A stretch of DNA of 62,570 bases, filler included. It is 6 parts of 6 records of this genome, joined end to end, with 100 filler letters (N's around TTAATTAATTAA, not from the genome) between each part and the next. Parts side by side here need not be neighbours in the genome. Positions count along the whole stretch, not along the records: positions 8,921 to 35,942 come from SRR31156797_6542; 5 more parts are not named here. One strand, given 5' to 3'. Positions 11,955 to 22,051 of the stretch are shown one piece after another (the stretch's first letter is position 1; the number at the start of each line of letters is the position of its first letter). The notes beneath the pieces were generated by a model. It searched no databases. It had not been told where the DNA came from and saw only the letters and a program-made list of their open reading frames with translations. The position numbers were made by a program, and so were the translations under genes.

Positions 11955-13028
11955 ATGCTTAGTTATGAAATTAAAAAACGAAATATTTCTCATGATCTAT
12001 TGTTTGACGGTATAAATTGTGATTGGAAGGCACTGCGTAAAGAAATGGTTGATTTATTGGCTCACCATGTTTACGGTATCACTCCTGCTGCACCACAGAG
12101 TGTATCATCAATTTTGCTTAAAGAGGACAAAGATGCTTTTGCAGGTAAAGCAACTCACAGACATGTATTGCTTGAGTTTGACACGCCAAAGGGAAGATTT
12201 TCGTTTCCGATAAATACATTGACACCTAACATAAGTACTAAAGTGCCTATGAATATATTTATATCATTTCATACGTATAAAGAATCCTATGAAACACCTA
12301 TAGAAGAGATTATTGATAGTGGTCATTCTCTTGCAGTTTTTGACTATCAAACAGTAACGAAAGATAATGATGATATGAACAGTAAATTAGCAGGGATGTT
12401 TCCTGATAATAATACTAAGAATACCTGGGGTAAAATTGGTATATGGGCATATGCACTTAGCAGAGTTATGGATTATGTTCAGACACTTGACTATATTGAT
12501 AAATCCAGAATAGCCTGCGTAGGTCACTCTCGGCTAGGGAAGACTGCACTGTGGTGTGCAGCACAAGACACACGTTTTGGTGCAGTATTTGCAAATGATT
12601 CAGGATGTTCAGGAGCTGCTGTAGCAAGAGGTAAGAAAGGCGAAAAAATAAAGGATATCTGTACTAAGTATTCATTTTGGTTCTGCAAGAATTACGAGCA
12701 GCATATTGATAACGAGGATAGTATGCCTTTTGATCAGCATTATTTATTGGCAGCAATTGCACCAAGACTATGCTATATATGTTCAGCAGAAGATGATGAA
12801 TGGGCTGACCCAAAGAGTGAGTATTTATCAGCTCTATTAGCAGATAAAGCGTATAAAAAATTAGGATTATCAGGCTTTGTGGGAGAAGACAGATATCCTA
12901 AAGCTGGTGACATATTCCATGAAGGAGAAATTGGGTATCACATGAGAAGGGGTAAACATTTTTTGAGCAGATATGACTGGCAGATGTTTATTAAGTTTAT
13001 AAAAAGACATGCAAATGAAACGATTTAA
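11955..13028 (+). CDS. CE15-like glucuronoyl/acetyl esterase (alpha/beta hydrolase) with no signal peptide
   Basis: Nucleophile motif GHSRLGK; DSGCSG, PFDQH, IAPR, DEWADP and GKH motifs of bacterial CE15. Confidence 0.82.
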   Translation: MLSYEIKKRNISHDLLFDGINCDWKALRKEMVDLLAHHVYGITPAAPQSVSSILLKEDKDAFAGKATHRHVLLEFDTPKGRFSFPINTLTPNISTKVPMNIFISFHTYKESYETPIEEIIDSGHSLAVFDYQTVTKDNDDMNSKLAGMFPDNNTKNTWGKIGIWAYALSRVMDYVQTLDYIDKSRIACVGHSRLGKTALWCAAQDTRFGAVFANDSGCSGAAVARGKKGEKIKDICTKYSFWFCKNYEQHIDNEDSMPFDQHYLLAAIAPRLCYICSAEDDEWADPKSEYLSALLADKAYKKLGLSGFVGEDRYPKAGDIFHEGEIGYHMRRGKHFLSRYDWQMFIKFIKRHANETI

Positions 13029-13082
13029 GCGTTGAATATTAACAATTGTAAATCTCATTTAAAAAATAATTAGGAGGCAGAA

Positions 13083-13925
13083 ATGGAAATCAGACAACCA
13101 TCTAGTGCAAGAGATGCGAAAAGCTACGATACAACAAGACTAAGAGAAGAGTATTTAATTACTGAATTATTTACACCTGATAAGGTGAAGAGAGTGTATT
13201 CACACATTGACAGAATTATTACAATGGGTTTTTGCCCATCTCAAAATCAACTGGAAGTAGGAGAAAATCTGGACATAATGGCTAATTTGGGTACAGACTT
13301 TTTCTTAGAAAGACGTGAATTGGGCACTATAAACATTGGTGGAGCAGGAAAAGTCGTTGTAGATGGTGAGGAATATAAGCTTGCCTGTTTAGACGGACTA
13401 TATGTAGGTATGGGAGCAAAAGAAGTAATCTTCAAAAGTGATGATGCATCAAATCCAGCAAAATTCTACACTCTGAGTGCACCAGCTCACAAGACATATC
13501 CAAATGTACATGTTGACATCACAAAAGCAAAGAAAGTACCAATGGGCGATGATGCCACATCAAATAAAAGGATAATTAATCAATACATTCACCCAGATGT
13601 AATAGACAGCTGTCAGCTATCAATGGGCATGACAGAAATGGCTGATGGCAATGTTTGGAACACTATGCCATGTCATACTCATGAAAGACGTATGGAAGTA
13701 TATTTTTATTTTGGTATGGAGGACGATAATGTGGTTTTCCATTACATGGGTGAACCAACTGAAACTCGCCATATTGTAATGAGGAATGAAGAAGCTGTGA
13801 TATCACCATCATGGTCAATTCATTCAGGATGCGGTACAAAGGCATATAAATTTATTTGGGGTATGGTAGGTGAAAATAAGACTTTTACTGATATGGATCA
13901 TATTGCATTAAAGGATTTGAAATAG
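13083..13925 (+). CDS. kduI: 4-deoxy-L-threo-5-hexosulose-uronate ketol-isomerase
   Basis: [18 protein letters not shown] and SPSWSIHSG signatures; AGGAGG RBS. Confidence 0.97.
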   Translation: MEIRQPSSARDAKSYDTTRLREEYLITELFTPDKVKRVYSHIDRIITMGFCPSQNQLEVGENLDIMANLGTDFFLERRELGTINIGGAGKVVVDGEEYKLACLDGLYVGMGAKEVIFKSDDASNPAKFYTLSAPAHKTYPNVHVDITKAKKVPMGDDATSNKRIINQYIHPDVIDSCQLSMGMTEMADGNVWNTMPCHTHERRMEVYFYFGMEDDNVVFHYMGEPTETRHIVMRNEEAVISPSWSIHSGCGTKAYKFIWGMVGENKTFTDMDHIALKDLK

Positions 13926-13934
13926 GAGAAAAAT

Positions 13935-14717
13935 ATGAAGAATAGTTTCGATTTAACAGGTAAAATAGCGTTGGTTACTGGGGCATCTTATGGTATAGGG
14001 ATGGCAATGGCAAAAGGAATGGCTGAAGCTGGAGCAACTATAGTATTTAATGATATTAATCAGGAATTAGTAGACAAAGGTTTGTCTTCATATAACGAAG
14101 CTGGCATTCAAGCTCATGGATATGTATGTGATGTTACTGATGAAGATGCTGTTACAGATTTTATTGCAAAAGTAGAAAAAGAAGTAGGCGTAATAGATAT
14201 TCTGGTAAACAATGCTGGAATTATTAAACGAATTCCTATGCATGAAATGACAGCAGCGGAGTTTCGTCAAGTAATAGATGTAGACCTGAATGCACCATTT
14301 ATAATGGCGAAAGCAGTAATACCATCTATGATGGAAAAAGGTCATGGTAAAATTATCAACATATGCTCTATGATGAGTGAATTAGGCAGAGAAACGGTAT
14401 CTGCATATGCAGCTGCAAAGGGTGGACTAAAGATGCTTACAAGAAATATTGCTTCTGAGTATGGCGAATTTAATATTCAATGTAATGGCATAGGTCCTGG
14501 TTATATTGCTACACCACAAACTGCACCACTAAGAGAAGATGGACATCCATTTAATTCATTTATTATATCCAAAACTCCTGCAGGCAGATGGGGAGATCCA
14601 GAAGACTTAGCCGGACCTGCAGTTTTCTTGGCATCTGATGCATCTAACTTCATTAACGGTCATGTTCTATATGTTGATGGCGGCATATTAGCCTATATTG
14701 GTAAGCAGCCTAAATAA
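13935..14717 (+). CDS. kduD: 2-dehydro-3-deoxy-D-gluconate 5-dehydrogenase / gluconate 5-dehydrogenase (SDR)
   Basis: TGASYGIG, NNAG and YAAAKGG motifs; directly follows kduI. Confidence 0.88.
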   Translation: MKNSFDLTGKIALVTGASYGIGMAMAKGMAEAGATIVFNDINQELVDKGLSSYNEAGIQAHGYVCDVTDEDAVTDFIAKVEKEVGVIDILVNNAGIIKRIPMHEMTAAEFRQVIDVDLNAPFIMAKAVIPSMMEKGHGKIINICSMMSELGRETVSAYAAAKGGLKMLTRNIASEYGEFNIQCNGIGPGYIATPQTAPLREDGHPFNSFIISKTPAGRWGDPEDLAGPAVFLASDASNFINGHVLYVDGGILAYIGKQPK

Positions 14718-14752
14718 GCATTTATTATTACAAAAATAAAGGAGAAAGCAGC

Positions 14753-15784
14753 ATGGAAATATTGAAAAACAAAGAATTTGATGTATTGGGTCTTGGCGAA
14801 GTCATGCTGCGCTTATCTCCCCCTGATAAAGAGCGTATTGCCCAGGGAAATGTATTTGAAAAGAATGCAGGAGGTTCTGAACTAAATGTAGTTTCTGGCA
14901 TATCATCTTTAGGTTTACGAACTGCATTATTGACTAAATTACCTGATAACAATCTAGGGCAGTTTATTAAGAATAATATCAGAGCTTGTGGAGTAAGTGA
15001 TGATTATATAGTATATGATAATGGAAAATACACAAGGCTTGGTTTGTATTATTATGAAACTGGTGCATATCCCAGAAAGCCATCAGTAATTTACGATAGG
15101 CATAGTTCATCAATAAATACTATTACTCTGGATGACATTAGTGAAGATTTATATAGTGCATGTAGCATATTTCATGTTAGCGGTATTACATTAGCACTGA
15201 GTAAGAATACACGTGAAGCAGCCTTGGAAATAATAAAAAGATGTAAAGAAAAAAATGCACTTGTGTCATTTGATATTAATTTCAGGGCAAATCTATGGAG
15301 CGAAGCTGAAGCGAAAAAAACGATAATTCCAATCCTTAAGTATATTGATATCTTATGTATTTCTGAAGAAACCATCAGAAAAATGTTTGGTATTGGTGGG
15401 GATTTACGTGAAGCGATGAAGGGGTTCAGCGAAAAGTACGGTACGAAGATGGTAGTTACATCTTGCAGAAAAGTAGTGAGCCCTTCTTTACATACTTTTG
15501 ATTCGATTATTTATTGTGCCGAGGATGATCGTTACTATACTGAACCGCCATATGAAAGGATACAGGTTGTTGACAGGATAGGCAGCGGAGATGCTTTTGT
15601 TGCTGGTGTGTTATTTGCATTAATCAAATTTGGTGATATACAAAAATGTATAGAGTTCGGCAATGCTATGGCTGCTGTAAAGAACACTGTCCGGGGAGAT
15701 TTACCGTCATGTGATTATGATGAGATTGTACAGGTTATAGATGGTCATAAGGGGCTGGATAATGGCAGTGAAATGAATAGATAA
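14753..15784 (+). CDS. kdgK: 2-keto-3-deoxygluconate kinase (PfkB family)
   Basis: GEVMLRLSP, GGSELNV, DINFRANLW and DRIGSGDAF motifs; follows kduID. Confidence 0.88.
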   Translation: MEILKNKEFDVLGLGEVMLRLSPPDKERIAQGNVFEKNAGGSELNVVSGISSLGLRTALLTKLPDNNLGQFIKNNIRACGVSDDYIVYDNGKYTRLGLYYYETGAYPRKPSVIYDRHSSSINTITLDDISEDLYSACSIFHVSGITLALSKNTREAALEIIKRCKEKNALVSFDINFRANLWSEAEAKKTIIPILKYIDILCISEETIRKMFGIGGDLREAMKGFSEKYGTKMVVTSCRKVVSPSLHTFDSIIYCAEDDRYYTEPPYERIQVVDRIGSGDAFVAGVLFALIKFGDIQKCIEFGNAMAAVKNTVRGDLPSCDYDEIVQVIDGHKGLDNGSEMNR

Positions 15785-15901
15785 GAAGCAAATGTATGAG
15801 TTATTCTATATTTGTTATGTAAAACTATATTTCTTAAGGGAGGCTTTACAAAAAATATCCTCCCTATGCTTAGTTCTCTTCTGTTTTTATAAAGCTACTG
15901 T

Positions 15902-17212
15902 TTATTCACGCAGTAGTTTATTAATTTCTTCCGCAGCAATATCAAGCCCTTCTTGTGGCTCTAATTCGCCAATAATAATCTTCTGCAATATTGGAAACAG
16001 TATATTTGATGCTGGGATCCATTCAGAAATTAATGGCGGAGTGGATGAATCTTCAGAGAATTGAGCTTTTGCAAGTTCAAAGCGTTTCTTAGCCAGAGGG
16101 TCTGATGAATACCGTGCTTCATTTATCAATTTGTCCCATACAGAGGAACGTACTGGCAGATATCCGATTTTACCTTCCTCATAGGCGTTATCTTCATTTG
16201 TCATAAATTTAATAAATAATGCGGCAGCTTCTATATTTTGAGAGCTTTTAGGAATGGAGAACCCATGTACTCCTGTCCAGACACTATGGATATTACCGTC
16301 GCCTTTTGGCATTCTGGCAATATCGAAGTTATTAGCAACGACTGATGTTTCTTCGTTTTGAAAATATGAATAATAACTATACCACTCTGTTGATATTGCT
16401 ACTTTTCGATCTTTCCAGTTTTCTGCTACATCATCCCAAATGAAATCCAGCATATTTTCCGGCATTGCTCCTGACAAATAAAGATTTCTTATCATCGTAA
16501 TGGTTTTAACACCTGCTGTACTGTTAAAAGCAGCATTTCCGTCTTCATCAATAAATGTTCCGCCGTTTGATAGAAGGATTTCGTAGAAACGACCAGTAAG
16601 GGCTTCTTCTTTTCCAGCAAACACTGTGCCGTACAAATCTTCAAATTGCCCGAAAAACATAGCTACCTCATAGAACTCATCCCAAGTTTCAGGAACTGTT
16701 AGCTCTCTTTCATATTCTGATTCAAACTGCTTTTGGATTTCTTCGTCTTCAAATAAGTCAGTACGATAATGAAGACAGCTAATAGTAGCGTGTCTTGGAA
16801 TGATATAAAGATTACCGTCTTTTTTGCCTGCGTTAAGAAGACGTGGAAGGAAGTCCATCAAATCCTCATGAGTATAATAATCATCAAGAGGCTGTAATTT
16901 GTCTACATATTGTGTAAAAAAACTTGAATGGCTTGATATAACATCATAATTAGCTGTATTTGTTTCAAAATCCATTTTGAATTTTTTATCCAAATCAAAG
17001 AAATTATTTTTATATATGATTTCGACATTGATACCTGTTTGCTTTTCGAATTCAGGAATATTCTGATAAATTAGTTCATAATCTCCACCGCCGATAAGTA
17101 CACATTTTAATGTAATTGAAGAATCTTCATATGAAGGTAATTTGTTTGAATTGCTACAGCTTACCAAAAGTGCTGAAATGATGATAATTATAATGATTTG
17201 CTTACAATGCAT
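15902..17212 (-). CDS. Sugar extracellular solute-binding lipoprotein (family 1) with no adjacent permease
   Basis: Lipobox LLVSC; YRTDLF and VPETWDEF motifs; last gene of the RR-HK run. Confidence 0.88.
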   Translation of the reverse strand: MHCKQIIIIIIISALLVSCSNSNKLPSYEDSSITLKCVLIGGGDYELIYQNIPEFEKQTGINVEIIYKNNFFDLDKKFKMDFETNTANYDVISSHSSFFTQYVDKLQPLDDYYTHEDLMDFLPRLLNAGKKDGNLYIIPRHATISCLHYRTDLFEDEEIQKQFESEYERELTVPETWDEFYEVAMFFGQFEDLYGTVFAGKEEALTGRFYEILLSNGGTFIDEDGNAAFNSTAGVKTITMIRNLYLSGAMPENMLDFIWDDVAENWKDRKVAISTEWYSYYSYFQNEETSVVANNFDIARMPKGDGNIHSVWTGVHGFSIPKSSQNIEAAALFIKFMTNEDNAYEEGKIGYLPVRSSVWDKLINEARYSSDPLAKKRFELAKAQFSEDSSTPPLISEWIPASNILFPILQKIIIGELEPQEGLDIAAEEINKLLRE

Positions 17213-17249
17213 GGCTTTGCCTCCAATAGATGATAATTAAATAATTCTT

Positions 17250-18227
17250 TTACTCGATGATATATTCTTCAATATTACTGCGGTCAATAATATATTGAGA
17301 TACTTCTAAATGGGGATTTTTGGTCGTGTTGTTAAATACATTTAGCAAGGTGTCAAAAAGCTGCTTGTTTAATTCTTCTGGGTCTTGGTATACAAGGGTT
17401 AAGTTCGGATTATCCATTACTTTCGCAAAGTGATTTTTGGATTGTGAAACTACAAATATCGTACCGGAATACCCTTGGGATATAAGGATATCATAAGTTT
17501 TATCAAAGCTATAGCTGTCTAGAAGTATAATTGCGTCACTTAAGGATAAACTTTTAAGCAGCTTGATTATATTAGAGTCAGAAAACTCTGAAAGGTAATT
17601 AATAGAATCAATACTAATGCTATTAGTTTTACTTAGTTCAGCAGATAATCCTTTTATAACTTCTGACGACAGATTATAATTGTTTGTTTTCATGATTACG
17701 GATATATTCCCCTGAGTTATTTTGTTGGATGCGTTTTTTGCAAGCAGTTGTCCTGTATAAACTGGTGAATAACCAACGCTGATATAGTATGGACTTATTT
17801 TGTGGTTTCCTATAATAATTACTGATATTGAGCAATTGTTAAGCTCGGTTACTAGAGGCAGAGTTGTTTCAAAGTCAAGGGGATTTAGCACGACAACATC
17901 TGCTTTCTCATCCAAAATGTCTGTAAGATAATCTTTTTGCTTTTCAATTTCTCCTTGAGAATCGTAGATTGAGAACGATATATTGCTGTATGCGTTGAAC
18001 ATAGACTTTAGAAGCATTACAGACTGATACTCTGCAGCTTCAGATAAGTTTTTTCCGATAAAAACGACATGTTTGTCAATGTTTGATGATTTACTCTCAT
18101 AATCGGTTTGAGAATAATCCACAGAATCTGCATTTATATTTGGTAGATAAAATGCGAATAAATATACAGACAGTATAACTGCCATTATTAAAATCAGTAT
18201 AAATGTATATTTTAATCGCTTACTCAT
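17250..18227 (-). CDS. Membrane-anchored periplasmic-binding-protein-like (RbsB/XylF fold) protein, divergent
   Basis: N-terminal TM helix; YDSQGEIEKQ...ADVVVLNP resembles type I PBPs; start overlaps the HK stop (ATGA). Confidence 0.65.
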   Translation of the reverse strand: MSKRLKYTFILILIMAVILSVYLFAFYLPNINADSVDYSQTDYESKSSNIDKHVVFIGKNLSEAAEYQSVMLLKSMFNAYSNISFSIYDSQGEIEKQKDYLTDILDEKADVVVLNPLDFETTLPLVTELNNCSISVIIIGNHKISPYYISVGYSPVYTGQLLAKNASNKITQGNISVIMKTNNYNLSSEVIKGLSAELSKTNSISIDSINYLSEFSDSNIIKLLKSLSLSDAIILLDSYSFDKTYDILISQGYSGTIFVVSQSKNHFAKVMDNPNLTLVYQDPEELNKQLFDTLLNVFNNTTKNPHLEVSQYIIDRSNIEEYIIE

Positions 18228-20041
18228 GCTTGGTGCTCCTCATTATATGGTATTGCTGGCAGCCATATATCCACAACAGTGCCTATGTTCTTCATGCTCG
18301 AATATTCCAGTCCGTATTCTTCCCCATAATATAGTTTAATTCTTTCATTTACGTTGTTTATACCAACACCTGATAACTGCGAACTTTCGCTTTGCTTAAA
18401 GATATTTGCTAAGAATTCTTCGTCCATGCCAATACCATCATCCATAACCTGAAGAATAATATTATTTAGACACATTCTTCCCTTTATCAGAAGCCTTCCT
18501 TTTTGACGTTTGTTTTTTATCCCGTGATAGATAGCATTTTCTACTAGAGGCTGTAAAATTAATTTTAATGTTGAATAATCATATAATTCTTCATCAACAT
18601 CTATTTTATAATCGAACTTATTTACGTATCTCATACTCTGGATGGTCAGGTAATTTTTCACGTGTTCAATCTCTTCTCTTATAGTAATGAATTGTCGTCC
18701 TTTGCTAAGACTTAGTCTAAATAATTTTGCTAGAGAATCAACCATTACAACAACTTCTTTACTGTTGCTTTCTGCCATCCATAATATAGAATCTAGGGTA
18801 TTATAGAGAAAATGGGGATTTATCTGTGCCTGCAGTGCTTTTAATTCTGCTTTTTGCTTTTCCTGCTCTTCTAGAACTACTTTCTCCATAAGGGTATTGA
18901 TGCGCTTTATCATTTGATTAAAACTGGCATTAAGTGTATCAATTTCAGTATAATATGATTGCTCTACTGACACATTGAAGTTGCCTTGCTCAGCCAGTGC
19001 CATTGTGTTTCTAAGCTGATTAAATGGCTTGAAAACACTAGAAGATAGAATAAATGTGATAGAAATGGCGATAAGAACGCATATTATCCCAATAATAATG
19101 ATTAAAAGAGACACTTGTCTTTGCTGGCGTGCGACAGCGGACTGGGGAACTATACCTAGAATTGTCCAGCCAGTGGAAGCCATTTTCTGATAGATAACAT
19201 GCTTTGTTTCGTTTTCTACTTTCCTTTTAAAGCTTCCTGAATCGTTTTCTAATGCATTTTGTATTAGTAGGTCATCTTCTTTGAATACATCTTTTATATA
19301 CATTTCATCCCATGAACGGTACATATAGCTGTAATCGGGATGATATATTACATTTGACTCTTCATCGATAATCATAATATATCCGCTTTCGCCCAGCTGA
19401 ACGCTTGAACAGATCGAATTAAGTACTTCGAGATTTAAATCAATCAGAATAACTCCGATTTGTTCTTCTGAATCGAAACTGTTGATACTTCTGCTAAGGG
19501 AAAAAACCAGATTATTACTGTTAGAAACGTAACTTTGCTTATGTGGTTTTATAGCAACTGATGTACCTTCTGCCTGAATGGCTTGTTTATACCATAATTG
19601 CGGCTTGAAATTATAGTTTTTATTTAATTCACCAGCACCATCGTTTACAATGATGGAACCATCTGTTGCAAATATCAATATAGCTTCAATATCCTCACGC
19701 ATTCTAGCCATAGTATCTAAAAAATTGGATACCGTAAGATTGCTTTTGTATAATTCTGTATCACTAAGCTGGCTGGACTTAAGACGATTTTGTATTTCAT
19801 AATCATAATTAGCTATAATTGCTATCTGCTCCATCTCTTCGAAATAGTATTCAATGTTACTATTGACCTGAGATATAATCTGATTGGTATAATCTTTGGT
19901 TGTTTTATCCATTCTATCAGAAAAAGTCAATGAGAATGCTAAACTAATAATCATTAAAGGTGTAATGATTAGAATTGAATATACAATTATCATTCGCATT
20001 TGAAGACTTTTTGTATTTTTATTTTTTTGATTAGTAAACAT
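18224..20041 (-). CDS. YesM/LytS-type sensor histidine kinase (dCache-HAMP-His_kinase-HATPase)
   Basis: Two TM helices; LQAQINPHFLYNTL, LQPLVENAIYHG, DDGIG and GVGINNV motifs. Confidence 0.95.
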   Translation of the reverse strand: MFTNQKNKNTKSLQMRMIIVYSILIITPLMIISLAFSLTFSDRMDKTTKDYTNQIISQVNSNIEYYFEEMEQIAIIANYDYEIQNRLKSSQLSDTELYKSNLTVSNFLDTMARMREDIEAILIFATDGSIIVNDGAGELNKNYNFKPQLWYKQAIQAEGTSVAIKPHKQSYVSNSNNLVFSLSRSINSFDSEEQIGVILIDLNLEVLNSICSSVQLGESGYIMIIDEESNVIYHPDYSYMYRSWDEMYIKDVFKEDDLLIQNALENDSGSFKRKVENETKHVIYQKMASTGWTILGIVPQSAVARQQRQVSLLIIIIGIICVLIAISITFILSSSVFKPFNQLRNTMALAEQGNFNVSVEQSYYTEIDTLNASFNQMIKRINTLMEKVVLEEQEKQKAELKALQAQINPHFLYNTLDSILWMAESNSKEVVVMVDSLAKLFRLSLSKGRQFITIREEIEHVKNYLTIQSMRYVNKFDYKIDVDEELYDYSTLKLILQPLVENAIYHGIKNKRQKGRLLIKGRMCLNNIILQVMDDGIGMDEEFLANIFKQSESSQLSGVGINNVNERIKLYYGEEYGLEYSSMKNIGTVVDIWLPAIPYNEEHQA

Positions 20042-20047
20042 AGATTA

Positions 20048-21643
20048 TTAGCCGCCGTTGTTGTTTTCTAGCTGCCTGAAACCCGATGGTGTATGACCTG
20101 TATACTTCTTAAAAGCAATAGAAAAGTAGTGAGGGTCACTGTAGCCAACTTTTTGTGCTATTTCATATGCCTTTAAATTGTTCAATCTAAGCATTCTTTT
20201 TGCCTGTTCAATACGAATACCTGTTAAGTAATCTATGAAGTTCTGACCTGTTTCTTTTTTGAAGAGCACGCTCAAGTATGAAGCACTTAAATAAACGGAT
20301 TTCGCTACAATGTTTAGGTTTAATTCTGTATTCCAATAGTTTTCCTCTATGTATTTTTTTGCGTTTTCTATGAGCTGATGTTTCTTTGATGCTCTGTTTG
20401 TATGAAGACTTGCATATGTTTGCTTAAAGAATTCGTTTATTACCGGTTTGACTTCACTGATTGTCTGTGCATTTGAAATCTTATCATAGATACTGTAGTC
20501 ATTCTTTTCTTTAACTTCTGTTTCCATCAATATTTTTTGTATACCATTTACTATTTCATAGATAATTATGCGAAGATTTTCAATAGAAAGTTCTTTTTGC
20601 TCATATAGGTGATTAAATAGAGAATCAAAAGATGATTGATAATCTAAACCCAGCCTTATACATGATAACAATTCATTAATTTGATCCACAGGGAAAAAGC
20701 TGTCTGAGCGACGATATCCCAAATCAATAATATCAAATACATTTCCTTTGTCGAAGCATACTTTGTAGCATAATACATGCAGTGCATCTTCATAAGATTT
20801 ATAGATATCTTCCACAGCACTAACAGTATTCCCGAATCCGGATGTAACAACAAAGCCTTCGTTGTCTGATAAATGCTTTTCGAGATTTTGTGCTATTTCG
20901 TGGAGAACTTCTCTTTGCTCTAAATCGTTTGGTGTTAGATTAAAATAAATCAATACATGATGACCTGAAAGGTCATTAAACAGAATTCCTTTGCCTTGAA
21001 TCAACTCCATAATGTAATTCTTTATTGCAATATTATTGATTTCAAGAGCTTCTATTTCATTTTTTTCGGAAGGCAGAGATGTCTCGAAAATGCAAACTGT
21101 AAAAGTTTGATAATCTACATTTATTTCTAAATATGATGCTCTTTTCTCAATCTCTTCTAGGGTAAGCTTATTATAGATTAATGAGTGATAGAATTTTTCT
21201 TTTAACAGGGGAAGGCTCTTCCTAAGCTGGTGCTTAATGCGAGTCAGCTCTGCTCGCTTTTTCTTCTCTTTATCCAGGAGATTTTTTGTGTTAATCATAA
21301 TCTCTCTTAAGTCATCTGCTTTAATTGGCTTGACAATATAATCCAATATGCCGATTTTAAGTGCAGTTTTTGCATATTCGAATTCATCATAGCCTGTAAG
21401 TATTAAAATTTTTGAATTAGGTAATGATTCAGATATTTTTTTAGACAACTCAAGCCCATCCATAAATGGCATTCTTATGTCCGTAAGAATAACATCTGGA
21501 TGATGTTCCATAGCAATCTCATAAGCAAGTTCACCGTCTTCTGCCTCATAAATCTTAGAAAATCCGATTGATTCCCAGTCTATTATAGAAACAACAGCAT
21601 TGCGAATAAAATCCTCATCATCAACGATTAGTATCTTATACAT
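20048..21643 (-). CDS. YesN-type response regulator (REC plus AraC HTH)
   Basis: Start MYKILIVDDE after AGGTGGAG; TDIRMPFMDG; C-terminal YLSVLFKKETG...VGYSDPHYFSIAFKK. Confidence 0.95.
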   Translation of the reverse strand: MYKILIVDDEDFIRNAVVSIIDWESIGFSKIYEAEDGELAYEIAMEHHPDVILTDIRMPFMDGLELSKKISESLPNSKILILTGYDEFEYAKTALKIGILDYIVKPIKADDLREIMINTKNLLDKEKKKRAELTRIKHQLRKSLPLLKEKFYHSLIYNKLTLEEIEKRASYLEINVDYQTFTVCIFETSLPSEKNEIEALEINNIAIKNYIMELIQGKGILFNDLSGHHVLIYFNLTPNDLEQREVLHEIAQNLEKHLSDNEGFVVTSGFGNTVSAVEDIYKSYEDALHVLCYKVCFDKGNVFDIIDLGYRRSDSFFPVDQINELLSCIRLGLDYQSSFDSLFNHLYEQKELSIENLRIIIYEIVNGIQKILMETEVKEKNDYSIYDKISNAQTISEVKPVINEFFKQTYASLHTNRASKKHQLIENAKKYIEENYWNTELNLNIVAKSVYLSASYLSVLFKKETGQNFIDYLTGIRIEQAKRMLRLNNLKAYEIAQKVGYSDPHYFSIAFKKYTGHTPSGFRQLENNNGG

Positions 21644-22051
21644 AGCTCCACCTGAAAAAATTTGTACCATGATTATATCATTATTCATTCATTTTTAAAA
21701 AATAAAAGGTGAATTATAAGAATATATTAACCATTAATCAATAAAAAACAACTATTTTCTATAAATTTACGTTGATAGTACGACAATATTTGAGAATAAG
21801 AAAAAAATTGTACAAAATAGACGTTAAATTGTTTGAAATTTTTACGTATTTCATAAAAAATATATATTCCAACAGAACCAAAGATATATTAATCTTATTT
21901 GTGTGCTAAAAAGTTTACTTAACTTATTTGAATGAAACAAGAGCTGAACTTTTAGATAAAGTTCCATAATAAATAGGTATAACCAATTGAAGAAGAATTG
22001 TTTTTAAATTTTCTGTGTAAAACAGAAACAAATAACAGGAGGAATGTATTT

